Shown: positions 1 to 7,985 of the stretch, in pieces
How positions within the stretch are numbered: position 1 is the stretch's first letter
Layout of the letters: every line of letters begins with the position of its first letter
Virus record (IMG/VR): IMGVR_UViG_3300035698_030063
Source: an uncultured virus (IMG/VR IMGVR_UViG_3300035698_030063)
Taxonomy: Duplodnaviria > Heunggongvirae > Uroviricota > Caudoviricetes
Direction: 5' to 3' (one strand)
DNA length: 20,000 nucleotides
The notes under the pieces: model-generated
Told to the model about the DNA's origin: nothing
Seen by the model: the letters and a program-made list of their open reading frames with translations, nothing else
The model's database searches: none
Translations under genes and position numbers: made by a program

Positions 1-3000
1 AAGTTTTTAGTAACTTTTATTGAAAATGGAATAAGATTTTCAGAACCTATAGAGATACTAGAGACAGTAGCTAATATAACATGTCCAGGAGGGGATGAGT
101 CTAGCGGTAAATGTTACGAATTGGATGTCAAGTATATACCCTATATTAACAATAACATTTTAGAATATGAGTCTATTAAACAATATAATCCTTATGTTGT
201 TGTCGTTCAAACTGAAGATTCTGATGGTAATATTAGTTCAGGAACAATTATTAGAGTTTCAAGGACATCAGTTTCAGATACTCTTCCTGCTATAGCTGAT
301 TTTACCATGGAGAGAGAGTCGAATAATGATATATTTTTACAATGGATTAATCCAACACAACCTTATTTTGCATATAACAGATTGACTGTTAATATAATAG
401 ATTTAACAACAACAGATGTTCTTGGAACTAATTTTGTTGATAATGCAATTATAGGTAAAGCTACAACCTATATCATACCTTCCTCTCAGTTTGATATTAA
501 TTTTAGGTACACTGTTACTATTACTCCATATGATGTTTTTACTCAAGATGGTGGGGACGGTGCTGAAGGGGAAGGTTTTTCACAAGTTAAGCAATTCACA
601 GAATCTCCTAATATAGTAAGGCCTTCTATTCCTACAGGCTTGAAAATTAATCCTGGGGATAAGTTGACAAGTTTATCTTGGAATTTAGATACTAAAGATG
701 AAGACATAGAATTTTATAAGATTTATAGAGCGCTATATTCGACATATCAGCGTTCAAGTAATTTTTCTGTGATAAATACAATACCTTCATCATTACATGT
801 TTTTACTGATTATACACCATCTAATGGGACTAGTTACACTTATTTTGTAACTGCTGTTGATACTCATGGAAAGGAATCGTTAAATCCTTTAGATGACGGT
901 CATATATCTACTAGAGCCGTATCTGGTACTTCTAGCGATAGTTCGTATCTATCCTCTCCAGAAGGTTTAATAGCTTCATATGGTAGCAATAATACAGATG
1001 TCGAATTATCTTGGGAAATTAGTGGGGGAACATTTGATGGTTATGAGATTTTAAGATCAATAGGTAATAATTATTCTTTTATAATTATTGATCGTGTCTC
1101 TGTGTCAGTAATTAGCTATATAGATATTGATGCTTTACTAAAACATGATGAAGAATACTATTATATGGTAAATAAATATAGAGATGAGGTATCATTTATA
1201 GTTAAAAGTTCTTCTGCATTAACAGATAATCAAATATCTATAGGGAAGGTAACTACTTCTGGTGGTGTGAGTAACGTTAATATTGATCTTTCATCTGTAG
1301 TTAATATTGCTAATTTAGAAGATCCTTTAACAGATTTAACTAATACATCTTTAAATGTTCATCGTCATGCTAACGATTTAGGTATAGATAAAAGAATAGA
1401 ATTACGTTCTAATGTAAGAATATCTGACTGGACAACGGTTGATTATCAAGTTTATACTACTCAACAGGATATACAAGGTGCTACCAATTATTTTGTGCAA
1501 ATATCAGGAGAATTGAACGAAGAGTATTTTATCACTAATGGGATAGTTGATGCAGTAGCATTAGCTCAAGCTCGTGCTGGAGAATCTCCTATTTTATTTG
1601 AGATAGTTGAAGATAAAGATCAAATTGTTTTTAATGAGTCATTATTTTCTCAGTCTAGTCTTATTGTTACTCCTTATGCTGAAGAACCTACTGTTACTTT
1701 AGAATTATTAGGAATATCTGAAGTTGATAATCTTCTTCCAGAAGTTAAAGTAGGAGATATGAGCGCGTCTCAATTTGGTAGTGGTCGTTTTAAATTTACT
1801 CAAATGTCAACGATTAATCATAATGGTAGAAAATCAGAAAGATTATTACCTATTCGTTTGCCTATGCAGACTTTTGATAATTTTGTTTATAGCTTAGCAT
1901 CTACATATGAAGATACAGATAGAAATAAGATGGGAACATCTGTAACTTTTTATGATATTATAATTACAAATGGAGAAGTAATATTAGCAGCTACTAGTAA
2001 TGGGATATGGATAAGTGAGAATTATGGAAATGATTGGGATCAAGCTTCTGATTTTTCTGTAGCTGTGCGTAAATTGTACAAATCTATTGCTGGAGATTAT
2101 TATGCATTAACAAATTATGGAGTTTATAAAAATAACGGAACAAGTTTTAGAACATGGGATTTGATGGACGGTGTAGAATTTTCAAAAAGTATAAGAGACA
2201 TAACTGAAGATAGAAGTGGTAATATATATGTAAGCACTGATCTGGGCGTTTTTAAATTAAATAGTGAAATTATCCCTTACATAGAAGATACTTGGCAAAA
2301 GATGCCTATATTCGGAGCTAGGAGTTCAGAATCTTATGCTATTATTTATGATGGTGATCATGATAGAGGATCAATCCCAGGAACAGGAAGAATTCTTGTA
2401 AGTAATGAGATAGGTTTGGTCCAATCTGTTGATGAAGGGTTGACATGGAATTACATAGCTGATTTAGAAGCTCTTATTAAAGTTAGAGATTTTATAATTG
2501 ATAATGGTTATATTTTTGCTTTATCAGATAACTCTATCTATAGAGAGAAGATAGGAGAAAATGTTTTTGTAAAAATAGCAGACATAGATTCTACTACGAC
2601 TAAAGATATAGTAATTTTTGCAGGTCAATTTTATATCACTACTAATAATGGTCTGAAAAAATCTTTAGCTCAAAACATATATACTGAAACTAATATTTCT
2701 ATTGTAGCTACTTTTGAAAAGTTAAATATAAATAATATAGTTATTCCTGCAACTACTATAGATTTAATTGATGAAAATATGTTTGTTGGTTCTGATAGGT
2801 TGCTATATGTAATGGAGTCGAATGGTAATGTGGGACTACAACTTGAGCAAAAAGAAACGGTAGTCCCAAGCGTATATGTAAATGGAGTGTTACAAAAATT
2901 AGGATTTTATTATAATAATAGTGGAAATGAACAAAACATAAGTTTTGATGAAATAAGAGATGAAGATAGCTCTATTTCTGTTTCTAATAAATATGATATA

Positions 3001-4740
3001 TATAATTCAGAATTTGGAGGTTGGGTATATAATAAATACGATGCCAAATTTAAAATTTTTAATAATAATTTGGTGTTTGGAGAATCTAGAGATGAAATTT
3101 CAATAGATATTAATCAATTTGCTGTGGTTGTTCTTCCTACTTATGATGATAATAATGCTCATAAAGAAGGAGCAGACAAGTATAAAGTTGATCTAGATGC
3201 TAATCTTATTTCGATAACAGATGAAGCACTTCCTGAAGGAGATGCTTTAGTAAGTCTTATTTCTGATACATATCAAAATTTTGAATTATTTTTATCACAG
3301 TTGTATGAAGAAACTAGAATAGTTATTAACGAAGACGGGACAACATCTGATTTTGTGTTACCATCTATACCTACAGATGTGATAGTTAAGAGGGATAGCG
3401 TATCAAATAGTGGAGAATCTATACAAATAGAAGAACCAGTTTATACTGAGATTAATGCTGATAGAGGAACTTCTTATGACACATCTGTTAATGTGATAGA
3501 TGGACTTTTTACATTTGGTTTGCCTTTTGATAAATTTGATTCTCTTACATTAGATATTTTTGATGTAACTATTAAAAATGCTGGAGAAAATTCTCATAGA
3601 GAATTAGAGAATGTTTTTGAGGAAGCATATTCGGGGCCTTCATCATATTTATCACAGGTTCAACAAGTTAATTTAGTTAAGATGGGTTTATTTACAGAGA
3701 AGACGTATCCAGGAGAACAAGAAGCTATTAATCCGTTACTTCAGTTTAAAGCTGTTATTCCAGATAATAGCGATTGGTATGATGTCTTAAATTCTACTAT
3801 TAATTATGATGAGCAGGAAATTAATGAAGACATTACATTAGCAATTAATTATCCTTCAGAAGTAATCTACATAGGAGAAATAGAGACTGTTATGGTTGGT
3901 GGTAAGGGTGGAGTCATATCTATAAATGCAATTACTTTAGAAATTAATGAGGTAGATTTTGGAATTATTGATTCAGATACGTTGATTAGAGGTATATTAC
4001 AAACAAGTAACGGCATATTTATTTTAACAGATGATGAGATTTTTGTTTCACTTGATCTGGGAGCTACTTGGAGCGAGTATAATAGAAGCGGACTACCTAA
4101 TCAATTATATTCTATTGGGACTATTAACAATAATTTACTAGTCGGTGCTGAAGATGGTATCTATATAAAGTTGTCTAATTCTGATGTCATAGATTGGGAG
4201 AAAGTTAAAGATTCTGAGACTCCTGTAGAAATTATGCATAGTTCTAATATTTTATTTGTTGTAGTTGGAGTTATAAATGAGGATGATGGAATACAAATAG
4301 ATAAGAAGATTTTTATTACTGGTAATGGATTTACTTATTCAGATACTGGTATCGGAGAAGATTTGGATATCACAGATATTGATAGACATGGGTTCGTAAC
4401 TACCTACGTATCAACTAATCAAGGATTATATTCTGATAATGGATCATTTAATAGTTTGGAACCTAAGTTGCAAAATGTAGATTTGGGGGAACTTATCCAA
4501 GAAGGAGATACTATTAACGATACGACTACTGATGATGCAAATAAGGTCGTTATAGGGGCTAGTAATGGTTCGTATGGTTTAATAACAGATAACATATTGA
4601 ATATTAAAGGAGATACTTCTCTAGAAGTTATTCATAAAATCCTTATAGTGGGAGATGATGAATGGCTGTTTGGTCAGAATCTGTTTAAAGTTCCATTCTT
4701 AGATTATCCGATTAGATTAACAACAGGCGCTCCTATGTAG
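1..4740 (+). CDS. 5'-partial giant protein (>1579 aa): FN3 repeats plus two Asp-box (BNR, Vps10/YCF48-like) beta-propeller regions; probable virion/tail-associated protein
   Basis: The frame is open from base 1 (KFLVTFIENG...), so the true start lies upstream and the TTG at 121 is not the start. FN3 signatures: PSIPTGLKINPGDKLTSLSW...FYKIYR...FTDYTPSNGTSYTYFVTAVDTHGKES (from 622) and SPEGLIAS...VELSW...FDGYEILRS...YYYMV. Asp-box-like motifs: SENYGNDW (2014-2037), SVDEGLTW (2425-2448), SLDLGATW (4048-4071). Propeller strands such as IYVSTDLGVFKL and LLVGAEDGIYIK. Ends with TAG at 4738-4740. Confidence 0.85.
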   Translation, partial: KFLVTFIENGIRFSEPIEILETVANITCPGGDESSGKCYELDVKYIPYINNNILEYESIKQYNPYVVVVQTEDSDGNISSGTIIRVSRTSVSDTLPAIADFTMERESNNDIFLQWINPTQPYFAYNRLTVNIIDLTTTDVLGTNFVDNAIIGKATTYIIPSSQFDINFRYTVTITPYDVFTQDGGDGAEGEGFSQVKQFTESPNIVRPSIPTGLKINPGDKLTSLSWNLDTKDEDIEFYKIYRALYSTYQRSSNFSVINTIPSSLHVFTDYTPSNGTSYTYFVTAVDTHGKESLNPLDDGHISTRAVSGTSSDSSYLSSPEGLIASYGSNNTDVELSWEISGGTFDGYEILRSIGNNYSFIIIDRVSVSVISYIDIDALLKHDEEYYYMVNKYRDEVSFIVKSSSALTDNQISIGKVTTSGGVSNVNIDLSSVVNIANLEDPLTDLTNTSLNVHRHANDLGIDKRIELRSNVRISDWTTVDYQVYTTQQDIQGATNYFVQISGELNEEYFITNGIVDAVALAQARAGESPILFEIVEDKDQIVFNESLFSQSSLIVTPYAEEPTVTLELLGISEVDNLLPEVKVGDMSASQFGSGRFKFTQMSTINHNGRKSERLLPIRLPMQTFDNFVYSLASTYEDTDRNKMGTSVTFYDIIITNGEVILAATSNGIWISENYGNDWDQASDFSVAVRKLYKSIAGDYYALTNYGVYKNNGTSFRTWDLMDGVEFSKSIRDITEDRSGNIYVSTDLGVFKLNSEIIPYIEDTWQKMPIFGARSSESYAIIYDGDHDRGSIPGTGRILVSNEIGLVQSVDEGLTWNYIADLEALIKVRDFIIDNGYIFALSDNSIYREKIGENVFVKIADIDSTTTKDIVIFAGQFYITTNNGLKKSLAQNIYTETNISIVATFEKLNINNIVIPATTIDLIDENMFVGSDRLLYVMESNGNVGLQLEQKETVVPSVYVNGVLQKLGFYYNNSGNEQNISFDEIRDEDSSISVSNKYDIYNSEFGGWVYNKYDAKFKIFNNNLVFGESRDEISIDINQFAVVVLPTYDDNNAHKEGADKYKVDLDANLISITDEALPEGDALVSLISDTYQNFELFLSQLYEETRIVINEDGTTSDFVLPSIPTDVIVKRDSVSNSGESIQIEEPVYTEINADRGTSYDTSVNVIDGLFTFGLPFDKFDSLTLDIFDVTIKNAGENSHRELENVFEEAYSGPSSYLSQVQQVNLVKMGLFTEKTYPGEQEAINPLLQFKAVIPDNSDWYDVLNSTINYDEQEINEDITLAINYPSEVIYIGEIETVMVGGKGGVISINAITLEINEVDFGIIDSDTLIRGILQTSNGIFILTDDEIFVSLDLGATWSEYNRSGLPNQLYSIGTINNNLLVGAEDGIYIKLSNSDVIDWEKVKDSETPVEIMHSSNILFVVVGVINEDDGIQIDKKIFITGNGFTYSDTGIGEDLDITDIDRHGFVTTYVSTNQGLYSDNGSFNSLEPKLQNVDLGELIQEGDTINDTTTDDANKVVIGASNGSYGLITDNILNIKGDTSLEVIHKILIVGDDEWLFGQNLFKVPFLDYPIRLTTGAPM

Positions 4741-4748
4741 AGGAATAT
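4739..4748 (+). promoter_or_regulatory. Shine-Dalgarno site for the 4749 gene
   Basis: AGAGGA overlaps the upstream TAG stop and is followed by ATAT then ATG at 4749; 8-nt intergenic gap. Confidence 0.55.
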
Positions 4749-7700
4749 ATGGCTTATACACAAATACAAAAAATAGAAAATCCAATTCCATCAGCAAGTG
4801 ATAAGTGGGGAGTAAGGTCTGTTGTAGATGGATACCATATGATCGTTGCAAGATCTGGAACTTCTTTAACAAAAGTATATAAAAGAGACATTGATGGAGT
4901 ATGGCAAAATCAAGGGACTGTAACTGGGCAAACAGGTCAGTCTATGAGTGGTAATTATTTTACTGTTGCTGTTGCTGCTTCACAAGATTTGAAAATATAT
5001 GATAAAGATAGTTTGTCTTCTCCTTTGCAAACACTTAATGAGTCTACGGATGGAACTGCTACTTTTGGAAATTCTGTTGTTATCAGCGAAAATTATATAG
5101 TTATAGGAGATCAAGCAAAAGATACTAATACTGGTCAAATATTTATTTATGAAAAAACTGGAACCAATTCATGGACAGCCTATGCTAATAATCCAGTTGA
5201 AGCAGACGCTTTGAATGAACAAGATTTTTTTGGTTCTTCGGTTGCTACTAACGATGAATCTATCATTATTGGAGCATTAGGTGACAACAGTAAAAAAGGA
5301 GCAGTTTATATCTTTCAAAAAGATGTAGATACTGGGGTGTGGGAGCAAACTCAGAAAATATTTGCCTCAGATGGATTAGTAAATGATCAATTTGGAGAAT
5401 CTATTTCTGCTTCTGGAGATCATTTTGTGGTAGGAGCTAGTTTAAAAGATAGTTTGAGTGGGGATATCAATTCTGGTGCTGCTTATGTCTTTAAATATTC
5501 TACAAGTTGGTTTGAGATCGATAAATTAGTTAGTGTTGATGAGACTGATCCTGAAGGGGACCATTTTGGAGAATCTGTTTATATTAATGGAGATCATATT
5601 ATAGTTGGTTCTCCTGCTGCTAGATTAAATAAGGGAGTTGCAGATGTATTTTTTAAGAAGAGAAGTTGGGGACATTTGAAAAAGATATTAGGATCAGATA
5701 CTGCGGCTGATGATGATTTTGGAACATCCGTTTCTATATCTGGCAGATTTATAGCTGTCGGTTCTCCTGATAATGAATCAGCAACTATAGGTGGTTCTGC
5801 CTACGTGTACGAAGATCCTCCAGTTAGATTAAGACTAGCCCAAGAATTTGAAGTTAATAGTGAATATCTACCATCTAAAGCATCAGTTTATTTGAAAAGA
5901 GTTGGTCAAAACTTAACTGATTATTGGCCTATTTATAATACTTCAAAAACTGTAATAGATGCTACTAATTTTTCAACAATTGATCAAGCGAACACAGAGG
6001 GAGAAATGGTTATTGATGCAGATCAATTTATAAAGTTAGTAGCAGGGGATCCAGAATCTTCTGCTCGTTTTGGTAATTCGGTGTCTATTTCAGGAGATTA
6101 TGCTATTATAGGGGCAGATAGAAAAGATGTTCCTCCAGTAAATAATAATGAAGGTGTTGCTTATATATTTTATAAAGATCCTGATAATCCTAGTAGTCAG
6201 TGGAATGAAGTTAGAAGATTGACAGCAAGCGATCCAGAAGAGAAAGCTTATTTTGGGGAGGCAGTATCTATTTCAGGAGATTATGCTATTGTGGGTGCAG
6301 GTAGTAAAAATGAACTTCCAGGAAATGACGATGAAGGAGCTGCTTATATATTTTATAGAGACCCTGATAATCCTAGTAATCAGTGGAATGAAGTTAGAAA
6401 AATAATAGCAAGTGATGCAGAAAAAGATGCTCATTTTGGGGATTCATTGTCTATTTCAGGAGACTATGCTATTGTGGGAGCCTATTTGAAGAATGAAGGT
6501 GTTTTTGGTAATGCTGGAGCGGCTTATATATTTTATAAAGACCCTGATAATCCTAGTAATCAGTGGAATGAAGTTAAAAAAATAGTAGCAAGTGATCTAG
6601 AAGCTACTGCTCATTTTGGTGTTTCAGTATCTATCTCAGGAAATTATGTTGTTGTTGGTGCTGAATTTAAAAACGAATCTCCAGGAAATGACAATGAGGG
6701 AGCAGCTTATATATTTTATAAAGATCAAGGTGGGGTTAATAATTGGGGTCAAGTTAAAAAAATAGTAGCAAGTGATAGAGAAAAGCTAGATAATTTTGGT
6801 ATATCTGTATCTATTTCGGGAAGTTATGTTGTTGTAGGGGCTCATTTAGAAGATGGAGACGAAGGAGCTGAAGGAGCAGCTTATATATTTTATAAGGATC
6901 AAGGAGGGGTTAATAATTGGGGTCAAGTTAAAAAGATAGTAGCAAGTAATAGAAAAGCTAATGATTTTTTTGGTTGGTCTGTTTCTATCTCAGGAGATTA
7001 TGTTGTCGTTGGTGCTTATCAAAAATGGATATCTCTATGGCAAGATGAAGGAGCAGCTTATATATTTTATAAGGATCAAGGTGGGGTTAATAATTGGGGT
7101 CAAGTTAAAAAAATAGTAGCAAGTGATCCAGAATTTTTTGCTAATTTTGGTTGGTCAGTATCTATTTCAGGAGATTATGTTATTTCAGGTGCTTATCATA
7201 AAAATGAACCTCCAGGAGATGATAATGAAGGAGCTGCTTATGTATTTGAGATAGAAACTGTTTTTGAAGGAAGTAATATAATTACATTTAATGATATTAC
7301 AGGGGGATTTACTGGTAATGGTTATATGATATCTCAAGATGAATTATATCCTGCTTCTGATTTTGGAGTTATTAATTATCCTATCAGGGCCATTACTCCT
7401 GATACTTATGATTTATGGTTGAGAGTTATAAATACTAGTAATGATAATTTAGAAATAGAAATGTTAATAGATGGAAATGTTACTAAAACGATTAGCACTT
7501 TTATAGATAATCCTTCTGATGGGTTAGAATGGACATGGGTTAGCACTTCTTTAGTTCTACCTGATAATAGAGATCATATTTTAGGAATAAGAATAAAGGA
7601 AAATAATGTAGCAATTGATAAGATGTATATAGAAGTTGATAGTACTACTCCTTATACCGAAGGCCCAGATCTCAGCGTTAGTCCTTATATAACTGCTCAT

Positions 7701-7973
7701 ATGAAAGTTTATGATTCTTTGAAGAGCGAACCAAATTCTCCTATTTTTGTTTATGATTATAAAAATAGCATAACAGAAATAATTCAAGATGATTGGTATA
7801 ACTTTGATATAAAGGTATTGGATGAAACTCATGGATATATGAGTGCAAGTGATTTTCATGAAAGTTTTTATCTAGTTATGTCATTGTCTGGGTCTAATAC
7901 TTCAAATTTCGTAGTGTGGGAATTGATTGATAATGATGAGTATTCAGCACCTTCTTCAGCAATAAGATTTTAA
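4749..7973 (+). CDS. 1074-aa FG-GAP repeat protein: two 7-bladed integrin-alpha-like propellers plus CBM6/35-like and C-terminal beta-sandwich modules; probable receptor-binding/adhesin protein
   Basis: Repeated FG-x-S-V-S-I-S-G-D-Y-x-x-V-G-A...G-A-A-Y-I-F units (FG-GAP_2-like): about 7 diverged units in 4749-5810 and 7 homogeneous units in 6033-7250. The C-terminal part has GFTGNGYM...YDLWLRV...WTWV...HILGIRIKENNVAIDKMYI, typical of a CBM6/CBM35-like galactose-binding fold. No signal peptide. Confidence 0.88.
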   Translation: MAYTQIQKIENPIPSASDKWGVRSVVDGYHMIVARSGTSLTKVYKRDIDGVWQNQGTVTGQTGQSMSGNYFTVAVAASQDLKIYDKDSLSSPLQTLNESTDGTATFGNSVVISENYIVIGDQAKDTNTGQIFIYEKTGTNSWTAYANNPVEADALNEQDFFGSSVATNDESIIIGALGDNSKKGAVYIFQKDVDTGVWEQTQKIFASDGLVNDQFGESISASGDHFVVGASLKDSLSGDINSGAAYVFKYSTSWFEIDKLVSVDETDPEGDHFGESVYINGDHIIVGSPAARLNKGVADVFFKKRSWGHLKKILGSDTAADDDFGTSVSISGRFIAVGSPDNESATIGGSAYVYEDPPVRLRLAQEFEVNSEYLPSKASVYLKRVGQNLTDYWPIYNTSKTVIDATNFSTIDQANTEGEMVIDADQFIKLVAGDPESSARFGNSVSISGDYAIIGADRKDVPPVNNNEGVAYIFYKDPDNPSSQWNEVRRLTASDPEEKAYFGEAVSISGDYAIVGAGSKNELPGNDDEGAAYIFYRDPDNPSNQWNEVRKIIASDAEKDAHFGDSLSISGDYAIVGAYLKNEGVFGNAGAAYIFYKDPDNPSNQWNEVKKIVASDLEATAHFGVSVSISGNYVVVGAEFKNESPGNDNEGAAYIFYKDQGGVNNWGQVKKIVASDREKLDNFGISVSISGSYVVVGAHLEDGDEGAEGAAYIFYKDQGGVNNWGQVKKIVASNRKANDFFGWSVSISGDYVVVGAYQKWISLWQDEGAAYIFYKDQGGVNNWGQVKKIVASDPEFFANFGWSVSISGDYVISGAYHKNEPPGDDNEGAAYVFEIETVFEGSNIITFNDITGGFTGNGYMISQDELYPASDFGVINYPIRAITPDTYDLWLRVINTSNDNLEIEMLIDGNVTKTISTFIDNPSDGLEWTWVSTSLVLPDNRDHILGIRIKENNVAIDKMYIEVDSTTPYTEGPDLSVSPYITAHMKVYDSLKSEPNSPIFVYDYKNSITEIIQDDWYNFDIKVLDETHGYMSASDFHESFYLVMSLSGSNTSNFVVWELIDNDEYSAPSSAIRF
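6033..7250 (+). repeat. Intragenic tandem array of 7 FG-GAP units (174-183 bp)
   Basis: Units start at 6033, 6216, 6399, 6579, 6759, 6933 and 7110. Near-identical DNA blocks include gcttatatattttataa(a/g)ga, cctgataatcctagta(a/g)tcagtggaatgaagtta (3x) and ggggttaataattggggtcaagttaaaaa (3x). Confidence 0.95.
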
Positions 7974-7985
7974 AGGAATAATTAT
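7973..7985 (+). promoter_or_regulatory. Shine-Dalgarno site for the 7986 gene
   Basis: AAGGA at 7973-7977 overlaps the TAA stop and lies 8 nt before ATG 7986. Confidence 0.6.

Noticed and set aside
121..123. TTG start proposed by the ORF track for ORF1
   Set aside because: The frame is open back to base 1 with normal coding character, so the gene starts upstream of the window.
6033..7250. Regularly spaced DNA repeats as a CRISPR array
   Set aside because: The period is 174-183 bp, always a multiple of 3, the repeats are degenerate, and they lie in frame in an FG-GAP protein; there are no cas genes.
6033..7250. Diversity-generating retroelement VR/TR pair
   Set aside because: No reverse transcriptase and no non-coding template copy in the window; differences between units include indels and are not evidently adenine-restricted. 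A remote DGR cannot be excluded.
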